Positions 1 to 9,940 of a DNA stretch of 64,000 bases are shown piece after piece. A program made the translations under genes and the position numbers. The notes under the pieces are model-generated. The model saw only the letters and a list, made by a program, of their open reading frames with translations. It was not told where the DNA came from and ran no database searches. The first letter of the stretch is position 1, and the number at the start of each line of letters is the position of its first letter. Origin of the DNA: Planctomycetota bacterium (GTDB taxonomy: Bacteria > Planctomycetota > PLA2 > JAEUHO01); NCBI GenBank assembly GCA_965223505.1, contig CBDCWP010000030.1:192001-256000 (forward strand), given 5' to 3'.

Positions 1-493
1 CCTTCGGCTTCGGCAGCAGCACGCGGTCGATCACGTGGATCACACCGTTGCTGCATTCGATGTCGGCCTCGATGACGTTCGCGTTGTCGACGCGCAGGCC
101 GATCGCAAGCGGCGTGTCCGCAAGCGTGTCGGCGCTCGTTGCCTTCAACAGATCGCCCGCCATCACCTTGCCGGAGACGACGTGGTAGCCGAGCACCCGC
201 TGCAACGAGCGCTTGTTGTCGCGCTTGAGCAGAAGCGCGAGCGTGCCCTCGGGCAGCGCGGCGAACGCGTCGTCCGTGGGCGCGAAGACGGTGAACGGCC
301 CCTCGCCGCGCAGGGCGCCGACGAGGTCGGCCTTGGTGAGCGCCGTTGCGAGGGTCTGGAACCGGCCGTCGGCGACCGCGGTCGAGACGATGTCTCGCGA
401 GGCAGACTTGGCGTGCGTCGTGTCCGCCGTGGCGGGTGCGCCGGCGGAGAGAAGGAGAGCGAGGAGAATGGCGAGGGGGGCTGTGGTCTTCAT
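1..493 (-). CDS. Fasciclin (FAS1) domain secreted protein, 3' end outside window
   Basis: Own translation of minus strand from ATG at 493: signal peptide [15 protein letters not shown], then [19 protein letters not shown]...[17 protein letters not shown]...YHVV...[17 protein letters not shown], the FAS1 H1/H2 motifs. Confidence 0.9.
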   Translation of the reverse strand, partial: MKTTAPLAILLALLLSAGAPATADTTHAKSASRDIVSTAVADGRFQTLATALTKADLVGALRGEGPFTVFAPTDDAFAALPEGTLALLLKRDNKRSLQRVLGYHVVSGKVMAGDLLKATSADTLADTPLAIGLRVDNANVIEADIECSNGVIHVIDRVLLPKPK

Positions 494-706
494 GCGCGGG
501 ATCTTGCCCTACGCCCCCGCGTTCGTCCAGATAAATATCTATACAAATCTACATTTGTGGAGGGCGGGGAATGTAAACCCGCCTTTGCAAGGCCGGCCAT
601 ACACACCGCCGGGTTCCCGCTCCCGGCCCTGAAAATGGCCTTCGGCAGGGGCTTTGCACTCTCTGCACCGGCAACGGGTCGCGGCTGAACGCGGAGAAAC
701 GACGCG

Positions 707-940
707 ATGAGGTACTACATCCGACAACAGAAGAAGTACGTCTCGGGGCCCCACGAGATCGAGCACATCCGGCGGTGGATCAAGGAGGGCAAGGTCCGGC
801 CGAACATGGAGTTCTCGGGCGACGAGATCGACTGGGCGATCGGCATCGAACTGCCCGACCTCTTCCCGAACGCCCTGAATCCGGCGCGCCGCGAGCGGAC
901 ACGCGCCAATCGTCAGCGCCGGTTGCAGCGCTACCGGTAG
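707..940 (+). CDS. Small GYF_2/DUF4339-like protein
   Basis: 77 aa, YYI...SGPH...IRRWIKEGKVRP...DW pattern; similar to N-terminus of 4619-5449; GGAG upstream. Confidence 0.6.
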   Translation: MRYYIRQQKKYVSGPHEIEHIRRWIKEGKVRPNMEFSGDEIDWAIGIELPDLFPNALNPARRERTRANRQRRLQRYR

Positions 941-1734
941 ACGTGCTGCCCGAAGAAGGCCGACATGTCGGCCCAGGCCTGCTTCGCCGCTTCTTCGTGG
1001 TACTTGACCGGCTCGAGTCCGTGCGCGTCGGCGTTCGGGTTCGTGAAGGCGTGAACGGCCCCTTCGTACGCCTTGAACTCCCACTCGATCTCCGTCTTGC
1101 CGAGCGTGTCCTTGAACTTCGCCACCGCCTCCGCAGGCACCAGCGGGTCGTCGGCGCCGTGGCAGACGAGCAGGGCGGCCTTCACGTTCGGGACGTCTTC
1201 TTCGCGGGGCGTGATCGGCTGCGCGTGAAACGCGACGACCGCTCTGAGATCGGCGCCCGCGTAGGCAAGCTCGAGCGCGACGGACCCGCCGTAGCAGAAC
1301 CCGATCGCCGAGATGCGCTTCGGATCGACGGCATCCTGCTTGGCGAGCACGTCGTAGCCCGCCCGGATCCGGCGTCGTCCGAACCCGTGCGGGTCGTCGC
1401 GAAACTCGCTCGCCCATGCGCCGGCTTGTTTCGGGTCGTTCGTGAGCTTGCCCTTGCCGTACATGTCGGCGACGAACGCGACGTAGCCCATCTTGGCCAG
1501 CGCGCGCGCCCGCTCCTTGGGATGTTCGGCGATCCCCCACCACTCGTGAACGACGAGCACGCCGGGCCGGTTGTCGCGGCCGGCGGGAAACGCGAGGTAA
1601 CCCTCGAGCTCCGTGTCGCCGTCGCGATAGGTCACGTTCTTCGTCTGCACCGTCCCTGGCGCGACGGTCTCCTCTTCGCCGCACGCTGCGACGAAGAAAC
1701 AGAGGGACAGAAGGGGAAGCAGCCGGATACGCAT
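931..1734 (-). CDS. Dienelactone hydrolase family lipoprotein
   Basis: VVHEWWG, GFCYGG nucleophile elbow, YEGAVHAFTNP; lipobox-like VAACG; start placed at MRIRLL. Confidence 0.9.
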   Translation of the reverse strand: MRIRLLPLLSLCFFVAACGEEETVAPGTVQTKNVTYRDGDTELEGYLAFPAGRDNRPGVLVVHEWWGIAEHPKERARALAKMGYVAFVADMYGKGKLTNDPKQAGAWASEFRDDPHGFGRRRIRAGYDVLAKQDAVDPKRISAIGFCYGGSVALELAYAGADLRAVVAFHAQPITPREEDVPNVKAALLVCHGADDPLVPAEAVAKFKDTLGKTEIEWEFKAYEGAVHAFTNPNADAHGLEPVKYHEEAAKQAWADMSAFFGQHVYR

Positions 1735-1840
1735 CGAAGGGGCCTCTCGTCGGCCGCGGAGCCGGGCCGCGACGAGCGCAGAGTCTAGCCGATCGGTCGG
1801 CCGCACCGCAGAGCGAAGCGTCGGAGTAGGATGCGCGCTC

Positions 1841-2617
1841 ATGCGCGCCGTGCTCACGATCGCCTGCTTCCTCGCCTGCGTGACGACGGCGTTCGCCGAA
1901 CGCTTTCCGGAGCGGCCGGGAGAGCGCGAGTTCATCCTCGACGAAGCGGACCTGATCACGCCCGCGGACGAGGCTGTCATCCGCGAGATCTGCGACGCGG
2001 CCCGGACCGAGACGAAGGTGCCGATCCTCGTGGTGACCATCCGGTCGCTCAACGACTACCAAGCCGGACATCGGTCGATCGAGCGCTATGCCGCGAGCCT
2101 GTTCAACGAGTGGGGCGTCGGATTTCCGGACTGGAACCACGGGATCCTGCTGTTGATCTCGGAGGGCGACCGCAAGGCGCGCATCGAGCTGGGCTACGAC
2201 TACGCCGGCACGCGCAATCGTGAAGCGAAACAGGTGATGGACGAGCTGATCATCCCCCGTTTCAAGGAGGGCAAGTTCTCGACCGGCATCGTGGACGGGG
2301 TTCGAGGTCTCGACGCCATCGCGCGTGGGATCGACATCCCGAGACCGCCGAAGCCTTGGTGGGTTTGGCTCGCCTGGGTCGGGTTCATCGCGCTCGCCGC
2401 CTTCACGGCGGCCTCGCTGATTCGAAAGGGTTCGTCGGGGTGGGCGTGGGTGCTATGGGCAGCGATCTTCACGGTGCTCTTCTTCATCTTGAAAGCGTTC
2501 CTCGAAGGCGCGGCGCGCGGCGGCGGCAGCGGCAGCGGCAGCAGCGGCGGTGGATGGAGCGGCGGTTCGTTCGGCGGGGGCTTCTCCGGCGGCGGCGGCG
2601 CGACGGGGTCGTGGTGA
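1841..2617 (+). CDS. TPM domain (YgcG-like) membrane protein
   Basis: ILDEADLI...LFNEWGVG...NHGILLLIS..DRKARIELGY; Gly-rich tail ending GGGGATGSW. Confidence 0.9.
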   Translation: MRAVLTIACFLACVTTAFAERFPERPGEREFILDEADLITPADEAVIREICDAARTETKVPILVVTIRSLNDYQAGHRSIERYAASLFNEWGVGFPDWNHGILLLISEGDRKARIELGYDYAGTRNREAKQVMDELIIPRFKEGKFSTGIVDGVRGLDAIARGIDIPRPPKPWWVWLAWVGFIALAAFTAASLIRKGSSGWAWVLWAAIFTVLFFILKAFLEGAARGGGSGSGSSGGGWSGGSFGGGFSGGGGATGSW

Positions 2618-3282
2618 TGCGCGCGCGCCGGCTGCTCAGCGACACGGAGCGCACGCGGATCGAGGACGCGATCGCTGCGTCGGAACGCGAGACGACCGGC
2701 GAGCTCGTCGTGTGCATCGCGACCCGCTCGGGGCGCTACGACCGCGGCGAGGACTTGTTCGGCGTGTTCACCGGCATGCTGGCTGTGACGGCTGCGTGGT
2801 TGCTGTTCCAGGACGTCAGCACGATCGGATGGCAACCATCGCCCTCGTTGAACCTCGTCGCGGTGCTCTTGCTGTTTCTGGGCGGCTTCACCATCGGGAC
2901 GGCTGCCGCCGCGTGGCTGCCGGCGCTGGGGTTGTTCTTCACGTCGCGCCGGCAGATGCTCGAAGAGGTCAAGGAGCGCGCGGCGGTCGCCTTTCACCGG
3001 TTCGGCATGCGGGGGACGCGCGCCGCCACGGGCATCCTGATCTACGTCTCGTTGCTCGAGCGCATGGTGTGGGTCGTGGGCGACGACGCGGTCAGCGAGA
3101 AGATCCCGGCCGACGAGTGGAACGAGATGCGCGACATGCTCGTGAACAACCTGCGCGACGGCAGACCGGCGGAAGCGTTGTCGCAGGCCGTGGAGCGCGC
3201 CGGTGCGCTGCTGCGCGAGCACCTACCGGGCACGCACGACGACACCGACGAGATCAGGAACGAGATCCGCTTCCTGGACTGA
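2617..3282 (+). CDS. TPM domain membrane partner protein
   Basis: RIEDAIAASERETTGELVV...TGILIYVSLLER...VGDDAV; start overlaps the upstream stop (TGATG). Confidence 0.85.
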   Translation: MRARRLLSDTERTRIEDAIAASERETTGELVVCIATRSGRYDRGEDLFGVFTGMLAVTAAWLLFQDVSTIGWQPSPSLNLVAVLLLFLGGFTIGTAAAAWLPALGLFFTSRRQMLEEVKERAAVAFHRFGMRGTRAATGILIYVSLLERMVWVVGDDAVSEKIPADEWNEMRDMLVNNLRDGRPAEALSQAVERAGALLREHLPGTHDDTDEIRNEIRFLD

Positions 3283-3385
3283 CCCCGACGGCCCTTGGTC
3301 GCCTGGACGTCGCAACGCTGGAAGCGACCAAGCTCGAGGATTCTGCGACCGCGGTATGCTGGCTGCAGACTAGGAGGACATCACG

Positions 3386-3859
3386 ATGAAGTTGAATGGC
3401 AACGTACTGATTTTCGCGCTGGCCGTGGTCTTCGTACTTCCGCAGCTCGTGGACGCGCGCACGCGGACCGGCAGTGATCTCGGATCGCGCGTCGCTGCGC
3501 TCGAGACGACGATCAACACGCTTCAAGGCGACTTGAGCACCCTCCAGACCGACGTTGCGACGCTTCAAGCCGACGCCGTCATCGACTCGGGCCAGGACCT
3601 CCGCACGCTGTACGGCGTGTTCCAGGCGGACGGCACGGTCGCGAGCGGCACGGACTACAGCGTCGTACGCAACAGCACGGGCAACTACACGATCACGTTC
3701 GATACGCCGTTCCCGACGGCGCCGAGCGTCGTGTTCAACGGCGGCGGCGGCGGGCAGTCCTTTGTCGTGGGCCCCGCGAGCGTCACCCTCACCAACTTCG
3801 ACAACAGCGCGATGCCGTTCGACAGCGCCATCATGTTCACGGTGACCGGGACGCAGTAG
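3386..3859 (+). CDS. Secreted hypothetical protein (coiled coil plus beta-rich C-terminal domain)
   Basis: AGGAGG RBS, signal peptide, heptad segment RVAALETTINTLQGDLSTLQTDV, then GNYTITFDTPFPTAPSVV. Confidence 0.75.
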   Translation: MKLNGNVLIFALAVVFVLPQLVDARTRTGSDLGSRVAALETTINTLQGDLSTLQTDVATLQADAVIDSGQDLRTLYGVFQADGTVASGTDYSVVRNSTGNYTITFDTPFPTAPSVVFNGGGGGQSFVVGPASVTLTNFDNSAMPFDSAIMFTVTGTQ

Positions 3860-3862
3860 CTA

Positions 3863-4399
3863 CTAGGTCGTCGCGACCTCTTCGTCGGGCAGCTCTTCGG
3901 GCTTGGGCTTGTCCCAGTCGACGCCGGCCCAGCAGTTGGGCGTCCAGATGTCCTTGTTGCCGGCCTGCTTCGCGTAGAGGAAGAGCTGCATGCGATAGCC
4001 GGTCATCCAGCGCAGCGGCAGCTGAAAGAGCGCTTGCTCGAGCGTCAGCTCTTCGCCAATCGGCGTGGTCGCCGTGCGCGTCTCCACCTCTTCCTGCGTG
4101 AGTCCGTCGAAGTATTCGGTGAGCTCCGCCTTCTGGCGCTCCATGGCGGCGGGGAACTCCTCCGGCTTCATCTGCTTGCCGCGCTCCGACACCTCCTGGT
4201 AGCCGTCCCAATTGCCCTCGGCCATGGCGCGCGTGCCGCCGATGCCGCAGTACGAGAGGTACTGCAGCAGCTCGTGCATGCTGCGCTGGTCCGGCGTCGG
4301 GCGGAAGTCGTAGGTGCCTTCCGGGATCTTGGTGAAGAGATGGGTGCAGATGTCGCACTCGTTGAGGATGCCCGCGAGAATTGCGTCCTTGCCCAGCAT
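3863..4399 (-). CDS. DinB/YfiT-like protein
   Basis: YDFRPTPDQRSMHELLQYL and YRMQLFLYAKQAG resemble the DinB-like family; GGAG RBS. Confidence 0.7.
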   Translation of the reverse strand: MLGKDAILAGILNECDICTHLFTKIPEGTYDFRPTPDQRSMHELLQYLSYCGIGGTRAMAEGNWDGYQEVSERGKQMKPEEFPAAMERQKAELTEYFDGLTQEEVETRTATTPIGEELTLEQALFQLPLRWMTGYRMQLFLYAKQAGNKDIWTPNCWAGVDWDKPKPEELPDEEVATT

Positions 4400-4618
4400 G
4401 TCGTTGTCTCCGTGTCGATGGACGGTGCAGCAGGACCGCGTAGCCTATCGGGATGCGAGGGATGAAGGCGACGGTCTGGTTGGGTTTGTGGAAGGCGCTC
4501 GTCGGCTGCGGGGAACGCCCGCAAGCCGTTCGGGCGACCGGGGACGTCGCGCGCATCCGGTCGGGCCGGGCGCAGCAAGAGGATCGCCGGGCACAGCAGC
4601 GGCAGTTTCGAACGGAGC

Positions 4619-5449
4619 CTAGTACCGTCGGCGTCGTCCGCGGCCGCCGCGCATTCTGCGCCCGCCCCGACCGGCTGCGCGCCTGCCGAAGAACGCATTG
4701 GCGTTGGGGCTCAAGAGCAGAAGGATGATGACGAGCGGAAGTGCGATCTGGAGGAACGAGGAGAACGACAGCCCCTGCGTCAGCTCCCGCAACCCGAACA
4801 GCAGTCCAAGGCAGGACAACATGATGTGGATGGTCCGAGCCACGCCGGATCCGCCCCTGATGGCGAGCCCCAGCACGATGTACCCGATGCAGAAGACCGT
4901 GAAGACGATGCCGGCAAGCAGGAAGAACGAACGCTCCGCATCCGGGTTCGTGAAGGGATCGTCGGGGTCGATGGCGGCGGTCGCGAGAAACGAGAGCCCG
5001 GCGAGCAGCCCGTAGAGCGCGCCGGTGATGAAATCCAGAAACACGACGGTCGTGACCTCGCCGGGCGGCCCCGAGGGACGCGCGTAGCGACCTCGCGGTC
5101 CGTCGTCGTAGTCGTCGTGATGACCGTACGACCTGCCGCCGCGGTATCCACGCCGACGGCGGCGTCCCCCGCCGCGCACGGACGCCGGGAGCGGCGCGTC
5201 CGCGACCGGGTAGGCGGGTTGGGCGGCGTACGGAACGGCCGGCTGCGCCTGGGGGACCTGTACGGGCGCGACACCCGGGGGCGGAAACAGCTCGGGGCAC
5301 TGATGTCCCTGACGCCAGTCGCCGCCTTCGAGCGAGTACAGCATCTCGGGCCGCGCGCGCCCCGCCTGGATCCACTTCAGGACCCGGGACTTGTCGAACG
5401 GCCCCTGCACGTCTTGTCCCTGCGCAATGAAGTACTGCGGCTCGCGCAT
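4619..5449 (-). CDS. GYF-domain membrane protein
   Basis: N-terminal YFIA..DVQGPFDK..VLKWIQAGR..P, Pro/Arg linker, about 4 hydrophobic helices. Confidence 0.75.
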   Translation of the reverse strand: MREPQYFIAQGQDVQGPFDKSRVLKWIQAGRARPEMLYSLEGGDWRQGHQCPELFPPPGVAPVQVPQAQPAVPYAAQPAYPVADAPLPASVRGGGRRRRRGYRGGRSYGHHDDYDDGPRGRYARPSGPPGEVTTVVFLDFITGALYGLLAGLSFLATAAIDPDDPFTNPDAERSFFLLAGIVFTVFCIGYIVLGLAIRGGSGVARTIHIMLSCLGLLFGLRELTQGLSFSSFLQIALPLVIILLLLSPNANAFFGRRAAGRGGRRMRGGRGRRRRY

Positions 5450-5573
5450 CGTCTACAGCCCACCCGCGGACAGGGTACATGGCGCGCGACTTCGGCGCAG
5501 CCACGACGGCGTGAAGGACGTCGATCGGGGCGATTGGCGTCGGTCGTGCCAGAATGAGAACGGGAGTGATGCG

Positions 5574-6161
5574 ATGAATCGCGTTGGATGGACCCTGGGC
5601 GTGCTGCTGGTGGCCGCCGGCTGCGGGAGCAGCAGCGATCCGAACCCGAACCCCTTCGGCTTCGACTTCGATCGGTTCGCGTACCCGGGCATCGTCGTCG
5701 TGCCGCTCGACGCGTACCAGCAGGGGCGCGCGACGAACGCGACCGACAACACGAACGCGACGAGTCCGATCAACCAGCACGTGCGCGGCGCGGCTGACAC
5801 CGCAGACGACGACCCGTTCATCGCCGACTGGGACACGCTGATCGGCCTCGCACAGAACGGACGCGACGACCGGAACGTGATGCGCTTCTATCTCGCGTAC
5901 GAGATCTCGACGAACCCGACGTCGGGACAGTGCACGGTCACGATTCACGTGTTCGAGGGGTTGCCTTACGACTCGGCGCGCCCTTCGATCGCCACGTACA
6001 TGGCGACGGTGATGTTCGGCGAGCCGCACCGCGACGGGTTCGTCATCACGACGCCGGGGGAGTGCGAGGACGAGGCCGGACACCGTGCGGCGGTGGCGCT
6101 GGCGGCGGGTCCGCACTTCGCGAACGGCTGGTCGACGGCGCGACCGTCGCACGTCCCGTAG
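5574..6161 (+). CDS. Hypothetical lipoprotein
   Basis: MNRVGWTLGVLLVAAGC lipobox; GGAG upstream. Confidence 0.65.
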   Translation: MNRVGWTLGVLLVAAGCGSSSDPNPNPFGFDFDRFAYPGIVVVPLDAYQQGRATNATDNTNATSPINQHVRGAADTADDDPFIADWDTLIGLAQNGRDDRNVMRFYLAYEISTNPTSGQCTVTIHVFEGLPYDSARPSIATYMATVMFGEPHRDGFVITTPGECEDEAGHRAAVALAAGPHFANGWSTARPSHVP

Positions 6162-6166
6162 GCGGA

Positions 6167-6679
6167 TCAGCGGCGCAAGAGGGTCGACGGTATTAGCTCG
6201 AGTCCCTGTACGACCTGCGAGCGGGCTGGTTCGTCGCCGGTGGAGACCCGTCCGCCGTCGAAGTCCACGACCTCGATCGACTCGTCCTGCGCATCGACGA
6301 GCCAGACCTCCTTGACGCCCAGGCCGAGATAGCGGCGTGTCTTGACGTTGCGATCTCGATCGCGCGACCAAGGCGACAGGATCTCGAAGACGATCCGCGG
6401 CACGCCGACGTATTGCGCCTCGTCGTCCGGTAGCTCGTCGATGACGACGATGTCGGGCTCGAAGACGTTGAGCTCGTCGATGAGCACGCCGGCGGACGCC
6501 GCCTGGACGTTGTCGGGGCCGACAAGCGACATGAGGACCGAGAGGATGCGGCTCTGGATCCGCTGGTGTCCGAACGCGGGACGCGGTTCCTTGACCAGCA
6601 CGCCGTCGAGCAGCTGCACGTGCAGGTCTTCGGGCAGGGCCTCGAAGTCCTTGCGTGTGAAGAGAACGGTCATGGTCAT
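6167..6679 (-). CDS. Uma2 family PD-(D/E)xK endonuclease
   Basis: QLLDGVL..P...HQRI, FEPDIVV, VFEILSP, GVKEVWLVD. Confidence 0.9.
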   Translation of the reverse strand: MTMTVLFTRKDFEALPEDLHVQLLDGVLVKEPRPAFGHQRIQSRILSVLMSLVGPDNVQAASAGVLIDELNVFEPDIVVIDELPDDEAQYVGVPRIVFEILSPWSRDRDRNVKTRRYLGLGVKEVWLVDAQDESIEVVDFDGGRVSTGDEPARSQVVQGLELIPSTLLRR

Positions 6680-6773
6680 GAGAGTCTATCGCGCGAGCAC
6701 CGTCTCCGGTTACGCACGGGGCGACGAGATCCGACTGCGGGCGCGCGGCCGGCGCCGAGGTAGACTCGGGACC

Positions 6774-7079
6774 ATGGCACGACGGAAGTTCGTCCTGCGC
6801 GTCGTACTGGTGCTGATGGTGCTCGGCGCCGTGGTGAGGATGGCGTCACCTTCGCAGTCCGTGACGCCCAGCCGACCTGGAGCGCTGGCGCCGGTCGTGC
6901 TCGGCCACAGCGAGATCGCGCGCGCCTCGGGCCGCATGGCGTTCTGTTGTTTGTGGCACGAGCCGAGACGCCCGTACGCGGTCGCGGTGCCGGTGGCGCT
7001 GATGCTGGCCTCGATGGCGGCAATCGCATTCATCCAGATACGGCGCAGCCGGAGCGCCTCGCAGCCGCCGCGCGACTAG
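6774..7079 (+). CDS. Small hypothetical membrane protein
   Basis: ATG at 6774 in ORF 6342-7079; two hydrophobic segments. Confidence 0.4.
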   Translation: MARRKFVLRVVLVLMVLGAVVRMASPSQSVTPSRPGALAPVVLGHSEIARASGRMAFCCLWHEPRRPYAVAVPVALMLASMAAIAFIQIRRSRSASQPPRD

Positions 7080-7186
7080 GAACCGTTCATGGCTTGGGGA
7101 TTCCCCGCGAAGGTGACGCAGCGCATGCAATTCGATGCATCGTCGGCGGCTCTGCTCGTTGCAGCCCGTGCCGCGTTGGACGAGCT

Positions 7187-7266
7187 GGGTTCTGCACCTT
7201 GAAGGCGCATGAATGGAGCCCCGGGTCGGGTTCGAACCGACGACCCCCGCTTTACGAAAGCGGTGC
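7187..7266 (-). repeat. Distal att site: 80-bp direct repeat (53 nt of tRNA-Thr 3' part plus 27 nt downstream)
   Basis: Identical to 17947-18026 by eye; lacks the tRNA 5' 22 nt. Confidence 0.95.
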
Positions 7267-7361
7267 CTGTCAACACCAGATGGGTCGCTTGAGTCAATGA
7301 GCACAGTCCACGACGTGTGGACTGGGACGATGACAACAGGAGGGTTTGGGGGGCGTCAAGG
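7267..7361. repeat. Conserved island-end arm, copy 1
   Basis: CTGTCAACACCAGATGGGTC...AGTCCACGACGTG...GAGGGTTTGGGGGGCGTCAAG, closely matches 14178-14271. Confidence 0.9.
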
Positions 7362-7405
7362 CGTCGCCCGAAGGCATGTGCCGCCCACACCTCGGTTGGC
7401 GTGCG

Positions 7406-8596
7406 CTACCCGCCGTCCGGCGGCCATTGCTGATCGAACAGAATACCGGCGTGGCGGCTCAGCACCGCCCTGACGACCGCGCCAATGCGCCACGCAGTCT
7501 CGTCGGCGTCTGGTTGGTGTGGCTCCGACCACAACTTCACCAAGGCGCTGCGCGCGCTCGAACGCGGCCTCTCGGACTCCTGCTGCGAAACTACGAATGC
7601 CCGCACGTCAGCCAAAGCGGACTTGCTCCGCAGCACGACTCTGGCTAGTGCTTCTGCTACCTCTTGCCGCTTCTCGTAGCTCTTAAACTTCGTCGGTGCC
7701 TCACGGACGATTTTGGCCAGCCCCTCTTGGAGCAGCCCACCCCGGAGGGCCCTATCCGTCATCACAACTGTGCTCGCAGCGCCTGGGGTCTTCAATGTGG
7801 CTCGTATCTTGGACAGCCACTTCTCTTGGGTGATGGACACCTTGCTCCGCCGCACCAGCGCCAACTCCGCTCCATTTCCTGCCTTGCGCGCCCGTGCCTC
7901 GACCAGAAGTCCTGTAGCAGGATCAATCGACATTCGGGCGCGTATTGAAGTGAGCACTACCTCGGGTCGAGTTGATGTAACTGTCTTGCGCTCGAAGAAG
8001 TCACGTTGGAGCCAGCTTGCCGACGAACGACCGCCGATGCCAAGCCCGGCGCGGAAACGAACCCGGTCACGTGCTATCTCGTCAATGACAATCCTCACAA
8101 TCGTCTTCTTGGGAGAGATCGTGACCGTTGGAATCCCTGAGTCAGAGCAAATACGATCGACTTCCGACTGCAGCTTGTCGACAACTACGGCGACCAATCC
8201 CGGGCCAGGAAGAGCTGCTTTCAGTTCGCCGTTTGAGGCGACAACGATGCGAGATCGGTCAGCTGCGCACCACGTCTCTTGCTGAACGCCCTCCCGCTTG
8301 ACCGAATAGAACAAGCCGAACGCTTCGTCCTTGCGGAACAACTCGACGATGCCGCTCAGCGCCTTCATGTTCGGGGGGTCGCCGGGCCTGAGTTCAAGGT
8401 CAAACGAGACGTGTATGTGCTTCTGCTCTTCGAATCTTGCTACCAGCTGCTCCCGAATCGACTTGGTTCCTTCACCGTCGTCTGCATGAGCGACAGAGCC
8501 ACAGCACAGGAGCGCGATCAACGCACAGGTGACTCGCGCTCTCTTGAGAGGCCGCCTAGAAGTCAAACCCCACACCGGCGAACGCGCTGGCTTCAT
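7406..8596 (-). CDS. Secreted hypothetical protein, paralog of 14309-15475
   Basis: Signal peptide ending SVAHA-DD; shares blocks LVARFEEQKHIHV, SWLQRDFFERK, IDPATGL..ARARKAG with the paralog; start uncertain. Confidence 0.75.
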   Translation of the reverse strand: MKPARSPVWGLTSRRPLKRARVTCALIALLCCGSVAHADDGEGTKSIREQLVARFEEQKHIHVSFDLELRPGDPPNMKALSGIVELFRKDEAFGLFYSVKREGVQQETWCAADRSRIVVASNGELKAALPGPGLVAVVVDKLQSEVDRICSDSGIPTVTISPKKTIVRIVIDEIARDRVRFRAGLGIGGRSSASWLQRDFFERKTVTSTRPEVVLTSIRARMSIDPATGLLVEARARKAGNGAELALVRRSKVSITQEKWLSKIRATLKTPGAASTVVMTDRALRGGLLQEGLAKIVREAPTKFKSYEKRQEVAEALARVVLRSKSALADVRAFVVSQQESERPRSSARSALVKLWSEPHQPDADETAWRIGAVVRAVLSRHAGILFDQQWPPDGG

Positions 8597-9464
8597 CAAG
8601 ATCCCATGGGACTTCGACCACGATCGTCACGAGTTTGCCTGAGGGGAGCTTCTTGACAAAGCTCAATTGGAACGAATTGGAGTCTGCGTCGAAACCGAGG
8701 AAGCGACTAGCTCCTACTGTGATCCCCCAGCCAGCTGGGGATGGTGGACTGGGAACTCCGGGATAGCTCGGAGAAGAGATTGGATCGAAGTGCGGTTCCC
8801 AGTCCGCGAAGTCCCAGGGGCGAATCAACCTGATGAGTTCAATTATCAGTTGAACAATCCACCAATTCGAAGGCCGACTGCCGCCGGGACCAAAGCCATG
8901 AGGCCCGACGCTTGACGGCGCTCCCCCCCCACCCGCCCCCGCGTCAGGGGGATCGAACTCAGCCGGGCGCTTGAATGGAGGAGTCCATTCGGGAGGAACA
9001 TCTCCATGCTCCAGGATGTACTCAAGAACCCACTTCAACTCCTCAAAGAAAGTCAGTCCTTGCGGGATGACAGAGGTGGGTTGTGATTTGACCACTGAAG
9101 GGGTGCCCGGTCGGATCGGAGTCGGTTGCACCAACGGGCTGCCACCGCCGAAAGCGCTCGGAGCGGACCCAGGGGGCCCTCGGAACGGATCATGTCCCCC
9201 CGGTGCGAATGGATCTAGGAGCGGGCCAAAGGGGTCGGCAGGCTGGCCTTGGGGATCCGCAGACGGGCCCCAGGGGTTCGCAGACGGACCGCGTGGGGGA
9301 TCCCCGGACGGGCTGAAGGGGTCGCCGTCGTAGGGAGCATATGGATCTCGTAGCCCGAAGTCCGGATGCTTCGCCGGGTCAGTTCTCCCCCCAGGATACG
9401 TGGTATCACCGAGGTCAAAGCCCGGCGGTTGTCGTCTGATCGGGTCGCCCTGCGGATCGCCCAT
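8556..9464 (-). CDS. Pro/Gly-rich hypothetical protein with beta-rich C-terminus
   Basis: 302 aa, repeats GPSANPW/GPSADPQ/GQPADPF/GPLLDPF; C-terminus homologous to 15536-15845. Confidence 0.7.
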   Translation of the reverse strand: MGDPQGDPIRRQPPGFDLGDTTYPGGRTDPAKHPDFGLRDPYAPYDGDPFSPSGDPPRGPSANPWGPSADPQGQPADPFGPLLDPFAPGGHDPFRGPPGSAPSAFGGGSPLVQPTPIRPGTPSVVKSQPTSVIPQGLTFFEELKWVLEYILEHGDVPPEWTPPFKRPAEFDPPDAGAGGGGAPSSVGPHGFGPGGSRPSNWWIVQLIIELIRLIRPWDFADWEPHFDPISSPSYPGVPSPPSPAGWGITVGASRFLGFDADSNSFQLSFVKKLPSGKLVTIVVEVPWDLDEASAFAGVGFDF

Positions 9465-9479
9465 TGTTCACCTGCAATT

Positions 9480-9812
9480 CTAGTACGGGCGCCACGTGGG
9501 ACGTTGCATCAGGAAGTGAACGCCGTCGGTGGAGTCGTCTGCCGCGTCGAACGAGTACTTGAAGCGGAGGATCTCCTTGCAGCCAGTGAGATCGACGTCG
9601 ATCGTCGCCACTGAGCTTGCTCCTGAGAACGAGCCGAGAGCCGTGAACGACGTGTCTTCGGCATTCCGGTGCTCGACGGCAATCGTGAATGTCGGCGACC
9701 CCACCATCTGGGTGATGTCCGCAACGAAGGTTGCCGCGAGGCCACCACGCGCGAACTCCGGGCTGTAGTACGGCGTGCCGTCCATCTCGAATATTGATGT
9801 ACCTACGATCAT
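9480..9812 (-). CDS. Small beta-rich hypothetical protein
   Basis: GGAGGAG RBS before ATG at 9812; 110 aa; first gene of an apparent three-gene operon. Confidence 0.75.
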   Translation of the reverse strand: MIVGTSIFEMDGTPYYSPEFARGGLAATFVADITQMVGSPTFTIAVEHRNAEDTSFTALGSFSGASSVATIDVDLTGCKEILRFKYSFDAADDSTDGVHFLMQRPTWRPY

Positions 9813-9940
9813 AGCTCTCTCCTCCAACGCACCCTGAGTGCGCAGCCGTGGCGTCGTTTATCAAATGGACACAGAGTGTCCGGTTGGCCGCTGGCGGAAG
9901 AAGCGCCGCGAAGAGAAGCCGAGTCCCCCTCGAACGTTCT

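Noticed and set aside
525..560. AT-rich tract with TATACA/TACA upstream of the fasciclin gene as a CarH/LitR operator
   Set aside because: Repeat spacing is not convincing and no regulator is visible in the window
7214..7290. Additional tRNA genes at 7214 and 14125
   Set aside because: The 5' acceptor strand and most of the D arm are missing, and the adjacent sequence cannot pair with the 3' acceptor strand; treated as att fragments
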